Shown: in pieces, positions 9,505-17,423 of the stretch
How the letters are laid out: each line of letters opens with the position of its first letter
Position numbering within the stretch: position 1 is the stretch's first letter
Source of the DNA: a virus
IMG/VR virus record: IMGVR_UViG_3300021963_000041
Span: 1-64,000 of that record
Length of the DNA: 64,000 nt
Strand: one strand, 5' to 3'
Notes under the pieces: model-generated
The model's database searches: none
Seen by the model: the letters and a program-made list of their open reading frames with translations, nothing else
Told to the model about the DNA's origin: nothing
Program-made: the position numbers and the translations under genes

Positions 9505-9836
9505 TACTTACCGGGTTCGTTAATATTCTGATAAATCTTTCCTGCATAGAGCTTGAAGATCATCATACCAACCGAATCCGAGTAAACTTGATAACTGCCA
9601 GTACTTCGATCAATGATCAACATCTCGTTAGCGTCATTGACAGCTACAGAGATTGTTTGTGGGTACTTGACGTTGTGATAGGGATTGGTATCCTTACTCA
9701 CATGCTCTTTGCTTTTGAACATATAAGTATAATAACCAATCGTGAAACCTAGTCCTAGAGCGACAACAATGAGTAAGTTGTTAAGGAATTTACTAAAGAA
9801 GTTCTTTACTTTTTCTGAGTTAATTGTGTTTTTCAT
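9504..9836 (-). CDS. Single-TM membrane protein
   Basis: TM segment LLIVVALGLGFTIGYY; coupled to the SLT gene. Confidence 0.65.
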   Translation of the reverse strand: MKNTINSEKVKNFFSKFLNNLLIVVALGLGFTIGYYTYMFKSKEHVSKDTNPYHNVKYPQTISVAVNDANEMLIIDRSTGSYQVYSDSVGMMIFKLYAGKIYQNINEPGK

Positions 9837-9847
9837 AACTTTGGTTT

Positions 9848-10240
9848 TTAATTTATTGCTTTTTTGATTTTACGTGATACTTTGATTGATTGTAGTCTGA
9901 ATCTACGAGTGAGACAATTCCATTCGATTGCAACCGGAGCAAGGTCTCTTACGGAACAAGTGAGTCGTTCTAATATTCGACGTACTGCACTCTGATACTG
10001 GTAAGCTTTAACATATGACCAATACAATTCAGCATTGCGAGAGTTGGGAGATGTCCATCGTCCATTGTGGAATGTAGCTAGTCTTGTGGTTGAGTGGGTA
10101 TGATTGTCATGTAATTTAACTTCTACTGCATCCGACTTAGTACCTTTGTGATACTGATCACGCTCAAACACTAACCACATATCATCACCTACTGAAATAC
10201 TATCTCTGAAGTACTTAGAGAACTTTTCTTCTACTCTCAT
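9848..10240 (-). CDS. Hypothetical protein
   Basis: 130-aa ORF. Confidence 0.6.
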   Translation of the reverse strand: MRVEEKFSKYFRDSISVGDDMWLVFERDQYHKGTKSDAVEVKLHDNHTHSTTRLATFHNGRWTSPNSRNAELYWSYVKAYQYQSAVRRILERLTCSVRDLAPVAIEWNCLTRRFRLQSIKVSRKIKKAIN

Positions 10241-10241
10241 C

Positions 10242-10595
10242 TTAGTTTAGATTAACGTTGAATAATTCATCTACATGACTGTTGATCTTCTCTTTACCTT
10301 TAGCTGTAACAAAGACATATTCAATATCGTCGTCACCTTCAATGCTATCAATAAAACCTCGATCCTGGAGTTCTTGAAAGATACTCTTAGCTACAGCTAT
10401 CTTCATAAGTCTTTCAAAGCCTTCCTCATCCATCGGTGGTTCATCACTACCTGTGAGCCAATGTTGAAATAATGCCTCTCCGAAGACTTCTCTTACAAAC
10501 TCTTCTCTGATTGGATACTGATCGTCGATGGTCTCTAAGACTGCCTCGACAATAAAATCGAGCTTCTCCTCGATTGCTTGTGGATAATTTGTCAT
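10242..10595 (-). CDS. Hypothetical protein (possible winged helix)
   Basis: 117 aa; L.DRGFI..YVFVTAKG C-terminus. Confidence 0.6.
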   Translation of the reverse strand: MTNYPQAIEEKLDFIVEAVLETIDDQYPIREEFVREVFGEALFQHWLTGSDEPPMDEEGFERLMKIAVAKSIFQELQDRGFIDSIEGDDDIEYVFVTAKGKEKINSHVDELFNVNLN

Positions 10596-10621
10596 AACCT
10601 TTGTGTGTTTATTAATTTATC

Positions 10622-11374
10622 CTAAATATACAACCTCTTTTTCGTTTTTGCAACAGGTTCATCCCAAATAATTTGATTTGTTGCTTGATCCCAGGTAAAC
10701 ATGAATGGAAGATTGGCATAATTATATCTCTCATCCAGTATTGATGCATTGAAAAAGTGAGTGTGCCCATTAAAGTAGTAACCGTGACCACCGTGAATGT
10801 GTCCACATACGTGAATCTTAGGTCTAATTAGCTCAACACGCTCCTTCAATAGCTCACACCCAAGTAGCGGTGTGTTGTATGGAGCACCTGATGTATCTAA
10901 ATACGTCTGAGCAGGACCGTGTGTGATAAGGATATCTGTATTCGGTGGAATCAAAGACCACTTCTCTCGTAAGTCTTCACCATTGCGAGGAAGATTGAAA
11001 GCCCAATTGTAAAACTCAGGTTGCCAAGGCGTACCCCAAATACGAACATTGTCTTCTGGATAATCACCATTAGGACCATCGTAGTATAGTGTTAGATTCT
11101 CATCTTGCAGATACTCAATAGTCTTGTACCCAGTCAATACACCTCTAGCCCACTCAGGATCAGTCTCCATTATACGATCATGATTACCTGCAATGAACAC
11201 TTTTGTATCGTAGTGATCAATTGCATCAAACCATTTAAAGAATTCTTCTGCTTCATATGGACTATATCCAGAGTTCATGAAATCACCAGCATGGATCAAC
11301 AAGTCACCACCTGGTAAGTCTTCCTCGCAGTGACGATGCTTCGTATGCGTGTCTGATATTAGTGTAATTTTCAT
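10622..11374 (-). CDS. Metallophosphoesterase (MPPED/239FB-like)
   Basis: SDTH, HAGD, GNHD, THGP and GHIH motifs. Confidence 0.9.
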   Translation of the reverse strand: MKITLISDTHTKHRHCEEDLPGGDLLIHAGDFMNSGYSPYEAEEFFKWFDAIDHYDTKVFIAGNHDRIMETDPEWARGVLTGYKTIEYLQDENLTLYYDGPNGDYPEDNVRIWGTPWQPEFYNWAFNLPRNGEDLREKWSLIPPNTDILITHGPAQTYLDTSGAPYNTPLLGCELLKERVELIRPKIHVCGHIHGGHGYYFNGHTHFFNASILDERYNYANLPFMFTWDQATNQIIWDEPVAKTKKRLYI

Positions 11375-11378
11375 GAGA

Positions 11379-11409
11379 TGAATATAGTCACTTATTTTCG
11401 ATTAAACAA
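11379..11409 (-). promoter_or_regulatory. Promoter TTG-N20-TATATTCA-N4-ATG (leaderless)
   Basis: Read directly from sequence; 20-nt spacer. Confidence 0.7.
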
Positions 11410-11497
11410 CGCTTCATACAAACCCACAAAGGCAGTTAGTATGATGTTGAGTGATCCAATAATGAAGGCAGTAATTCCGTTTAGTAGTCGCATCTTG

Positions 11498-12706
11498 TTA
11501 GTTTGATAGTGGTGCTTTAATTGGTGGGTGTGATTTGTAGTTCATAAGCTGCAAGTCTTCCTCCAACAAACATTTACAGAAGTTATCATTGCTGAAGCCA
11601 TTGAACAGAGCAACAGCATCGATCGGACCTACTCCACACTCTCCAGACTCTGTAGGCCAAAACTCTGTATTGATGTTTAGCTTTGGTAACTTGTAAGGAC
11701 TTCTAGAGTGGTAAGGTATCTCGTGCCAATCAAAGTGCTGAGACATACCACCACTAAATGGCATCAACTCAGATACAGCCAACTGATAAGCATCAACTCC
11801 CATCGCTGCCATCAACAAGTCGGTACGCTCATCAGGAGATAACCTTCTACCAATCTGCTCCTTCGCTTGCTCAATGTGGTTGTTGTATAAGTGTACGTCA
11901 CCGAGATTACCAATCAACTGATCAGGAATCATATTAACCGCTTTGGCAATAATTTCTAACAACAATCCGTAGCTTGCGATATTAAACGGAAGACCTAAGA
12001 ATGTATCTACTGAGCGTTGATTCCACATTAAGGAAATATACCGCTTACCATCTCTTTCTTGAGTATAAACTTGGAAGCCGTAGTGGCAAGGTGGAAGTGC
12101 CATTTGATCTAGCTCACCCACATTCCAAGCATTGACCATCAATCGTCTTGAGTCTGGGTTTGCTTTAAGTTCTTTGATTAGGTTTGCAATTTGGTCTATG
12201 TACATAGAACCAGCTTCATATATAGTTTCACCGTTATCTGCTTTCAGAGTAGTTTCAATTCCTTTACCTACTCGCCAACCTCTCCATTGAGCACCATAGA
12301 TGGGACCTAATTCACCAAACGCTTTAGCATGCCAGTTATCAAGACTCATTGCTTTGATAAACTCATCTTGTGTAAATTTTCTAGGTACCTCAAACATAGT
12401 AGTCTTACTCATGTTTTCATACCACCTCTCATAACTCTTGTATGCATCACCATCCCAGATGTGACAGTTATTCTCATTGAGAAACTTAATGTTAGTGTCA
12501 CCTCGTAGGAACCAAATCAACTCTGTTGCAATAGTCTTGAACGGCATCTTCTTTGTAGTCAGCAAAGGAAATCCATCACTCATATTGTGACGGATCTGCT
12601 TTCCAAATACCGAGATAGTACCAGTGCCAGTTCGATCAGCTTTCTGTACACCATTCTCTAAAATGTCTTTGAGTAGGTTTATGTACTGGGTATCTAGTTT
12701 GTTCAT
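11498..12706 (-). CDS. thyA: Thymidylate synthase (start revised to MNKLD)
   Basis: DRTGTGT, FPLLTTKK, LPPCH, QRSVDTFLGLPFNIASY, GDVHLY; Asn specificity residue indicates dUMP substrate. Confidence 0.95.
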   Translation of the reverse strand: MNKLDTQYINLLKDILENGVQKADRTGTGTISVFGKQIRHNMSDGFPLLTTKKMPFKTIATELIWFLRGDTNIKFLNENNCHIWDGDAYKSYERWYENMSKTTMFEVPRKFTQDEFIKAMSLDNWHAKAFGELGPIYGAQWRGWRVGKGIETTLKADNGETIYEAGSMYIDQIANLIKELKANPDSRRLMVNAWNVGELDQMALPPCHYGFQVYTQERDGKRYISLMWNQRSVDTFLGLPFNIASYGLLLEIIAKAVNMIPDQLIGNLGDVHLYNNHIEQAKEQIGRRLSPDERTDLLMAAMGVDAYQLAVSELMPFSGGMSQHFDWHEIPYHSRSPYKLPKLNINTEFWPTESGECGVGPIDAVALFNGFSNDNFCKCLLEEDLQLMNYKSHPPIKAPLSN

Positions 12707-12804
12707 ATTAGTTTTTACGCTTAAAAAATTCTTTCGCTCTATCAAAGAGTAGTTCGAAATACAATTGCACTTCAAACAATCTGTAGCGGACTAAGTCGAT
12801 AAAT

Positions 12805-12972
12805 TTATTGATCATGTTCATCTTGTATGTTTTTATGAATTTGTGTTTCTAGTATTGCAATCATCTGATCAAGTTCTTCACAAAGCTCATCTTGCTCCCA
12901 ATCGGTAAGACCTCGAGATGATAGTAGTTCTGATATCTCACAGACTCTTTGGTATATCTCTTCTGTCGTCAT
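12805..12972 (-). CDS. Small acidic protein (55 aa)
   Basis: Manual translation MTTEEIYQRVCEISELLSSRGLTDWEQDELCEELDQMIAILE... Confidence 0.55.
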   Translation of the reverse strand: MTTEEIYQRVCEISELLSSRGLTDWEQDELCEELDQMIAILETQIHKNIQDEHDQ

Positions 12973-12975
12973 AAT

Positions 12976-13599
12976 TTAATCCCACCAACCTCTTAATCCT
13001 GAACCATCGAACCAATTGTTCCATGCACCATTCTTATCTTCAGCCTTATCTAGAAACACATCAAAGTGTGATGCCTTCTGACCTTCTAGAATAGTCCACA
13101 GCTCAGTCCACATTTGGCTCTCAATCTCATGAGCTCGAGCAAACACTTTACGATTGTGAGCTTGTTGCTCTGGAGTATCTGAGTCTTTTAGTCTCCAGTA
13201 ACCTTCTTCGTCCGCTGGTTCAAATTCAAACTTGGTATTCTGAAGTTCTCCTAACTCAGCTTCAGCTAATTCAATAAAGTTATCTTCAATGAAGTGTTCC
13301 ATTAACTTTGCAGCACGCCACATTTTCATCACCTTCTTAGACCTAGAACGATCTTCCTCCATACCACGCTCATCAATTTTTGCTGCCATATCCATCAATG
13401 CAGTTTTCATAAATGGTAGTACTGCATTATGACCCGAATACCAACGATAGTTGTATAAATCCTTTCTGAACAACCAAAGGTTTTTAAAAAACCTAGGCAT
13501 GTCATGTCTTAGAAAGTCCCAAGACTTCCAATACCATCTCTGTCTATTGATCATTCGTTCAACGCTATCGAAGAATGTATCTGCTGCTTTTATTTTCAT
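12976..13599 (-). CDS. Hypothetical protein
   Basis: 207-aa Trp-rich ORF. Confidence 0.7.
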   Translation of the reverse strand: MKIKAADTFFDSVERMINRQRWYWKSWDFLRHDMPRFFKNLWLFRKDLYNYRWYSGHNAVLPFMKTALMDMAAKIDERGMEEDRSRSKKVMKMWRAAKLMEHFIEDNFIELAEAELGELQNTKFEFEPADEEGYWRLKDSDTPEQQAHNRKVFARAHEIESQMWTELWTILEGQKASHFDVFLDKAEDKNGAWNNWFDGSGLRGWWD

Positions 13600-13602
13600 A
13601 AC

Positions 13603-13893
13603 TTATGCTTCTCCCATTGGTCCTCCATATGGATATGTCGGAAATGATTGTGATTGTTGTTGAATTAGGTGATTCTGAAGCTCCCTGATTGCCAATCCCA
13701 AATCTCTACTATACTCCAGAGATCGAGTGATCATTTCATCCTGCTCCTCGTCAACTTGATTAAGAGCTTCTAACTCTCTTTGTATGGCTCGTATGTGAAT
13801 TATTGCTCCGGTCAAGCCTAAGCCTAATAAGAACACAAGTGCCATTAATGCTACTACGATTGCTTCCATTATGCTGTATGTGGTACCAACCAT
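13603..13893 (-). CDS. Membrane-anchored coiled-coil protein
   Basis: N-terminal TM followed by a heptad-like region. Confidence 0.6.
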   Translation of the reverse strand: MVGTTYSIMEAIVVALMALVFLLGLGLTGAIIHIRAIQRELEALNQVDEEQDEMITRSLEYSRDLGLAIRELQNHLIQQQSQSFPTYPYGGPMGEA

Positions 13894-14297
13894 CTACCAC
13901 AATCTTGTGGCAAGCGATTAATGTGTTTATAGTTATTAATATAGCCCATCATGTTAGCTGATCCAATAGCGTTAGCGGAGTGAACCATTACTCGACATAC
14001 TGGAGCTCCATCCATCCACTGCTGTACCAACCACTTAGTACAATCCATTCCAGTTTTCTCTGTAATGTTGTCGTAGTTGATTGTGTAGTTCTTTGTAACA
14101 CCATACAACCACTCGTTCATTGCACTATCACCTAAGTCATGATCCAAAGAGATGAGTTCAACATTCTCCAAGCCAACTTCAGTAATCTTGTCTACAAACT
14201 CATCGTAACTTCTTACGACTGTCCATTGTGGCGCATCTACTAGCTCCTCGGCTAGTGGTGTGCGCACGTCATCTAAATAAATGTAATATCTTTCCAT
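13869..14297 (-). CDS. Cyclic-phosphate-processing receiver-like domain protein
   Basis: YLDDVR, ISLDHDLG, TGMD and VHSAN motifs. Confidence 0.75.
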   Translation of the reverse strand: MERYYIYLDDVRTPLAEELVDAPQWTVVRSYDEFVDKITEVGLENVELISLDHDLGDSAMNEWLYGVTKNYTINYDNITEKTGMDCTKWLVQQWMDGAPVCRVMVHSANAIGSANMMGYINNYKHINRLPQDCGRWLVPHTA

Positions 14298-14310
14298 AGC
14301 TTCAAAAAAT

Positions 14311-14329
14311 AAATGCAGGTTCTTGTGAC
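14311..14329. repeat. Inverted repeat arm in 3' UTR of 14338..14670
   Basis: + strand AAATGCAGGTTCTTGTGAC; reverse complement of 14694-14711 with one extra base. Confidence 0.85.
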
Positions 14330-14337
14330 GGGTTAAT

Positions 14338-14670
14338 TTATCCGTTTAATTGTTTCTTGGTTTGTTTTTCAGCTTCTTTTACCATAAAGTAGGTATCGAT
14401 CAGCTTGTCGATTCGTTTGTCTGTATATGAATTGCATGCAGTAACTGCATCCGTGATTTGATTATTCACACCCCTGATTCGATCGTCAATAGCTTTGTAG
14501 ACTTCGTTATCTTGGTGGTGCATCTCTCTATCAACATTCAAGAGCCATTCCTCTAGTTGTTGAATACGTGTTTGTTGCTTGTACGCCTTCACAATGCTCA
14601 CAATAATAAGAGCAGCAAATGCCACTCCCACCATTGTTAACACTCCAAAAGCAAATGATAGTGTTTCCAT
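14338..14670 (-). CDS. Membrane-anchored coiled-coil protein flanked by inverted repeat
   Basis: N-terminal TM, then coiled coil with YTDKRIDKL. Confidence 0.7.
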   Translation of the reverse strand: METLSFAFGVLTMVGVAFAALIIVSIVKAYKQQTRIQQLEEWLLNVDREMHHQDNEVYKAIDDRIRGVNNQITDAVTACNSYTDKRIDKLIDTYFMVKEAEKQTKKQLNG

Positions 14671-14693
14671 ATCGTTTTCCTTTTTTTGAATAT

Positions 14694-14711
14694 GTCAAAG
14701 AACCTGCATTT
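14694..14711. repeat. Inverted repeat arm in 5' UTR of 14338..14670
   Basis: + strand GTCAAAGAACCTGCATTT, starting 2 nt after the tRNA-Arg discriminator. Confidence 0.85.
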
Positions 14712-14712
14712 G

Positions 14713-14785
14713 TGATCCGATCAGGACTCGAACCTGAAACCTACAGCTTAGAAGGCTGTTGCTCTATCCATTGAGCTATCGAACC
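14713..14785 (-). tRNA. tRNA-Arg(TCT)
   Basis: Cloverleaf: GGTTCGA/TCGGATC acceptor, ACAGC-CTTCTAA-GCTGT anticodon arm, GTTCGA T-loop; no encoded CCA. Confidence 0.93.
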
Positions 14786-14791
14786 GATCCG

Positions 14792-14863
14792 TAGTCCCAC
14801 GGGGAATCGAACCCCGCTTTCCAGGATGAAAACCTGGCGTCCTAACCGATAGACGATGGGACC
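14792..14863 (-). tRNA. tRNA-Glu(TTC)
   Basis: GGTCCCA/TGGGACT acceptor, CCAGG-TTTTCAT-CCTGG anticodon arm, GTTCGA T-loop. Confidence 0.93.
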
Positions 14864-14869
14864 ATTAGT

Positions 14870-14900
14870 TGAATATACAACTTATTCCTCAGACTTCCAA
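14870..14900 (-). promoter_or_regulatory. Promoter TTG-N20-TATATTCA for tRNA-Glu/Arg
   Basis: Element ends 6 nt upstream of the tRNA-Glu 5' end. Confidence 0.65.
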
Positions 14901-15100
14901 ACACTGAGAAGTTGATTTTTCCAATACTCAGCTGCTGGTCGTAGGATCAGATAACCCATGAATCCTATAACAAAACCAACAATACTAAAACCATCCTCTT
15001 TGAGCCATATCATTAATAACTCTGCACCCAATGTCATCATTGAGAAACCTAAAAACCAATATAAAAAATTGGTTGCAAACTTTAACACTTTACTCCACAT
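14882..15100 (-). CDS. Two-TM membrane protein within tRNA cluster
   Basis: 72 aa with two hydrophobic segments. Confidence 0.6.
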   Translation of the reverse strand: MWSKVLKFATNFLYWFLGFSMMTLGAELLMIWLKEDGFSIVGFVIGFMGYLILRPAAEYWKNQLLSVWKSEE

Positions 15101-15115
15101 ATATAATTAATTTAG

Positions 15116-15201
15116 TACTACTGGCCGGAATCGAACCGGCACGGCCATCACTGGCCAAGGGATTTTAAGTCCCTCGTGTCTACCTATTCCACCACAGTAG
15201 C
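15116..15201 (-). tRNA. tRNA-Leu(TAA)
   Basis: GCTACTG/CAGTAGT acceptor, AGGGA-CTTAAAA-TCCCT anticodon arm, long variable arm. Confidence 0.93.
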
Positions 15202-15206
15202 ATTCG

Positions 15207-15284
15207 TGCCCCCTGCAGGACTCGAACCTGCACCCGAAGACTAGATCCTAAGTCTAGCGCGTCTACCAGTTCCGCCAAGGGGGC
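15207..15284 (-). tRNA. tRNA-Leu(TAG)
   Basis: GCCCCCT/AGGGGGC acceptor, CTAGA-CTTAGGA-TCTAG anticodon arm, short variable hairpin TC-TTCG-GG. Confidence 0.92.
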
Positions 15285-15289
15285 TAATA

Positions 15290-15401
15290 AAAAAAGGTGT
15301 AGTTGATTTTATCAGGAATCTGGGATCTGCCTCAGCAGCGCTTCACACACCATAAGAGAGTTACTAAGTGTGTACCCTTGCGACACGTCTCTCCACGTCT
15401 A
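15290..15401 (-). ncRNA. Candidate structured ncRNA upstream of tRNA-Leu
   Basis: GC-rich non-coding ~110 nt with GGAGAG/CTCTCT and ACACAC/GTGTGT pairings, ending in a U-tract. Confidence 0.3.
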
Positions 15402-15617
15402 TCAACCTACGCTTTTTAGCACCTTCTTTCTTACTGACTTCTTCTTTGTAACCTTTTTCTTTGATGTTGCTCTCGGAAGATTCTTGTAAGTAATTTCAAC
15501 ACTAACGGGACCGGTCTTTGTCACTGAATAATCATATGTCCAAACTGTCTTAGCATCTTCATCTTCATAAACCCTTGTAAACTTCTCAAAGACCGGTTCT
15601 TCCCTTTTTTTAGCCAT
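15402..15617 (-). CDS. Hypothetical protein with Lys-rich (histone-like) tail
   Basis: C-terminus KKKVTKKKSVRKKVLK. Confidence 0.65.
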   Translation of the reverse strand: MAKKREEPVFEKFTRVYEDEDAKTVWTYDYSVTKTGPVSVEITYKNLPRATSKKKVTKKKSVRKKVLKSVG

Positions 15618-15769
15618 TAACGTTGCTTGTTGAATTTAGTTCGGTTTGGTTTACCAAACTTCACATCAGTCTTTGGTTTTTCCGATTTCTCACGAAACAA
15701 TCCTTTTCCAGTTGTTGCCTTCATCCACTGATCAAGACATTCGATTTTTAACTTCCAGTTACCTGCCAT
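15617..15769 (-). CDS. Small basic protein (50 aa)
   Basis: Manual translation MAGNWKLKIECLDQWMKATTGKGLFREKSEKPK...; TAATG coupling; promoter at 15788-15818. Confidence 0.65.
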   Translation of the reverse strand: MAGNWKLKIECLDQWMKATTGKGLFREKSEKPKTDVKFGKPNRTKFNKQR

Positions 15770-15821
15770 ATGTTTGTTTTATTTCTTTAAATATACTACC
15801 GTTTGTTCGTTTAGACAACAG

Positions 15822-16229
15822 CTATTCCTCAAAACTTTCAATGTCACCTTGGATTAGTATTGTCACATACGATGTACCATCTTCACCTACTGTAGTGTAC
15901 TCTGCATGAGCGATCTCCTCTTTACGAGTCTCCACCATCTGCTTGTAGCTCTCAATCTCCTCAGGTGCACCAAAGCTACCAACCTCATATGCATTGAAAC
16001 CTTTTGCACGGATCCTATAAGATCCATGTCCAACAAGCTCTTCTAGCTCGTACTTAGGGGTCCACTCATCACCCTCACTCTCTTTGGTATCCCAATTTGA
16101 TATGTAGAACTTACGACTGTAACCGCAATGCAAACATAAGATATGTTCTTCTCCAGTCTTATACTGGAACTCCTGGTGGGCTTCATTACCACACTTAGGA
16201 CATTCTATGTAATCTGATATTGATCCCAT
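15822..16229 (-). CDS. Zinc-ribbon protein
   Basis: CPKC...CLHC. Confidence 0.7.
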   Translation of the reverse strand: MGSISDYIECPKCGNEAHQEFQYKTGEEHILCLHCGYSRKFYISNWDTKESEGDEWTPKYELEELVGHGSYRIRAKGFNAYEVGSFGAPEEIESYKQMVETRKEEIAHAEYTTVGEDGTSYVTILIQGDIESFEE

Positions 16230-16603
16230 TATTCTTCTTTACTTCCTGTGTTAAAGTTTTTGACGTAGTTGTAGAATTGAATGAGTGCGTTGAAGAGTTC
16301 AGCACTTGCACTATTCTTTGCAGTCTCTATATACTCCTCAACCCACTCATCGATTGGAAAACCTATATCATACAAATCATAGATTGCATGTGATACGGTT
16401 TTGTCCTTTGTAGTCTTCTTCAGATATTTAAACAACTCCTCGCTCTGACGAATACGATTATCTAGAAAAGGTACGAAGCTGAGTTTGATTGTAGCATCTG
16501 TCTCCACTCCGTAGTAGATTTTGAAATAGCCTCCAGCAACTTTATCAAAGTCGTAGACTGGTTCAATTCTAGTTATCTTTTCTTGCAGCTCGCTCATCTT
16601 CAA
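16229..16603 (-). CDS. Hypothetical protein
   Basis: 124-aa ORF, TAATG coupling. Confidence 0.65.
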   Translation of the reverse strand: MKMSELQEKITRIEPVYDFDKVAGGYFKIYYGVETDATIKLSFVPFLDNRIRQSEELFKYLKKTTKDKTVSHAIYDLYDIGFPIDEWVEEYIETAKNSASAELFNALIQFYNYVKNFNTGSKEE

Positions 16604-16784
16604 AAAATTTGATGGCTAACTGAATGATATGAGCTACTGAGCTATCTGGATGTTCATGCTTTATCTCTAGCAACCTATACGCTATGTATCCGGTTGGATA
16701 GGATTCACCATACTTACTGAACAATCTACTGAGTTCAGTTGTTCCAAATAACATTCGGTACGCTTCGTGTCTATCGTCAGCCAT
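16569..16784 (-). CDS. Hypothetical protein
   Basis: 71-aa ORF, TAATG coupling. Confidence 0.55.
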   Translation of the reverse strand: MADDRHEAYRMLFGTTELSRLFSKYGESYPTGYIAYRLLEIKHEHPDSSVAHIIQLAIKFFEDERAARKDN

Positions 16785-17011
16785 TACTTGTAATTGCCTT
16801 GTTGTTGTTTATACTGATTAAGTGTCTCCAAAGCTTTCGGATCACGAATTACCTCAACTTCTTGATATCCGTCATCTTCCAGATTACCAACCTGCACTAT
16901 ATTGTGACCAAACCTTGATGTGGTTGAATGCTCCACGCAAGTAGTTGCTGTTGGTAATGCTTTCAATCTTCCAGCTGGAATTTCAATTCCGCAAACTTTA
17001 CAATTCTTCAT
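16784..17011 (-). CDS. DksA/TraR-type zinc-finger protein
   Basis: CKVCGIEIPAGRLKALPTATTCVEH. Confidence 0.8.
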   Translation of the reverse strand: MKNCKVCGIEIPAGRLKALPTATTCVEHSTTSRFGHNIVQVGNLEDDGYQEVEVIRDPKALETLNQYKQQQGNYK

Positions 17012-17037
17012 ATGCTCTGTGTTTTTAAATGTTAGGC

Positions 17038-17068
17038 CAAAGATACGACCATAATCTTAAATAGACAA
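17038..17068 (-). promoter_or_regulatory. Canonical Bacteroidota promoter TTG-N20-TATCTTTG
   Basis: Exact match to the TAnnTTTG -7 consensus. Confidence 0.8.
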
Positions 17069-17081
17069 CAGCTGTGAAAAA

Positions 17082-17423
17082 CTATTTCCATTTACCGTTC
17101 TGCACAATCTGTGCAATGATACCATAGATTGATAGGTCCTGGAAAGTGTCCTGAGTAGATTCAGTAGTCACTTTAGGGTTCTGGTTCAACAATACAAGAT
17201 TCTTCAAACGATTCATCTTATCATTCATTCGGAACCATAACCCCGTAAGTGATAACTTAACTTCCTCGGGAGTTTCTAGATTAGTGCCAACACTAATGTT
17301 TCCTTTCCCATAGTCAATCATTTTGCCTGCGAACAGATCATACTGCTCGGCAACAATACGCTCAAACTCTTGAGCGATTTCAGGGTACTTCTCCTTTAGT
17401 TCAGTGACATTCTTACTTGCCAT
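17082..17423 (-). CDS. Nucleotide-modification-associated domain 1 (DUF1599-like, all-alpha NTP-PPase fold)
   Basis: K..DYG, R.NDK..RL.NL and ES..DT..DL..Y motifs. Confidence 0.7.
   Translation of the reverse strand: MASKNVTELKEKYPEIAQEFERIVAEQYDLFAGKMIDYGKGNISVGTNLETPEEVKLSLTGLWFRMNDKMNRLKNLVLLNQNPKVTTESTQDTFQDLSIYGIIAQIVQNGKWK

Noticed and set aside
11498-12706. ThyA paralog as dCMP/dUMP hydroxymethylase
   Set aside because: Canonical thymidylate synthase motifs including PFNIASY (Asn) are conserved.
12707-12775. N-terminal extension of ThyA (and similarly GT4 35221-35277, 6282-6368, 32201-32239)
   Set aside because: The extensions overlap upstream ORFs or promoters; downstream ATGs fit gene coupling and domain starts better.
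14311-14711. IS/MITE terminal inverted repeats
   Set aside because: No transposase or target-site duplication is visible, and a parallel G-U-containing case at hsp20 favours RNA pairing.
15116-15284. tRNAs with TAA and TAG anticodons as stop-codon suppressors or evidence of recoding
   Set aside because: These anticodons read UUA and CUA (Leu); long genes are intact in the standard code and all three stop codons are used.
15290-15401. Glycine, SAM or preQ1 riboswitch
   Set aside because: Only GGAGAGAC/ACUCUC-like fragments match; core motifs (CCGAAG, CUCAGG, preQ1 loop) are missing and the downstream feature is a tRNA.
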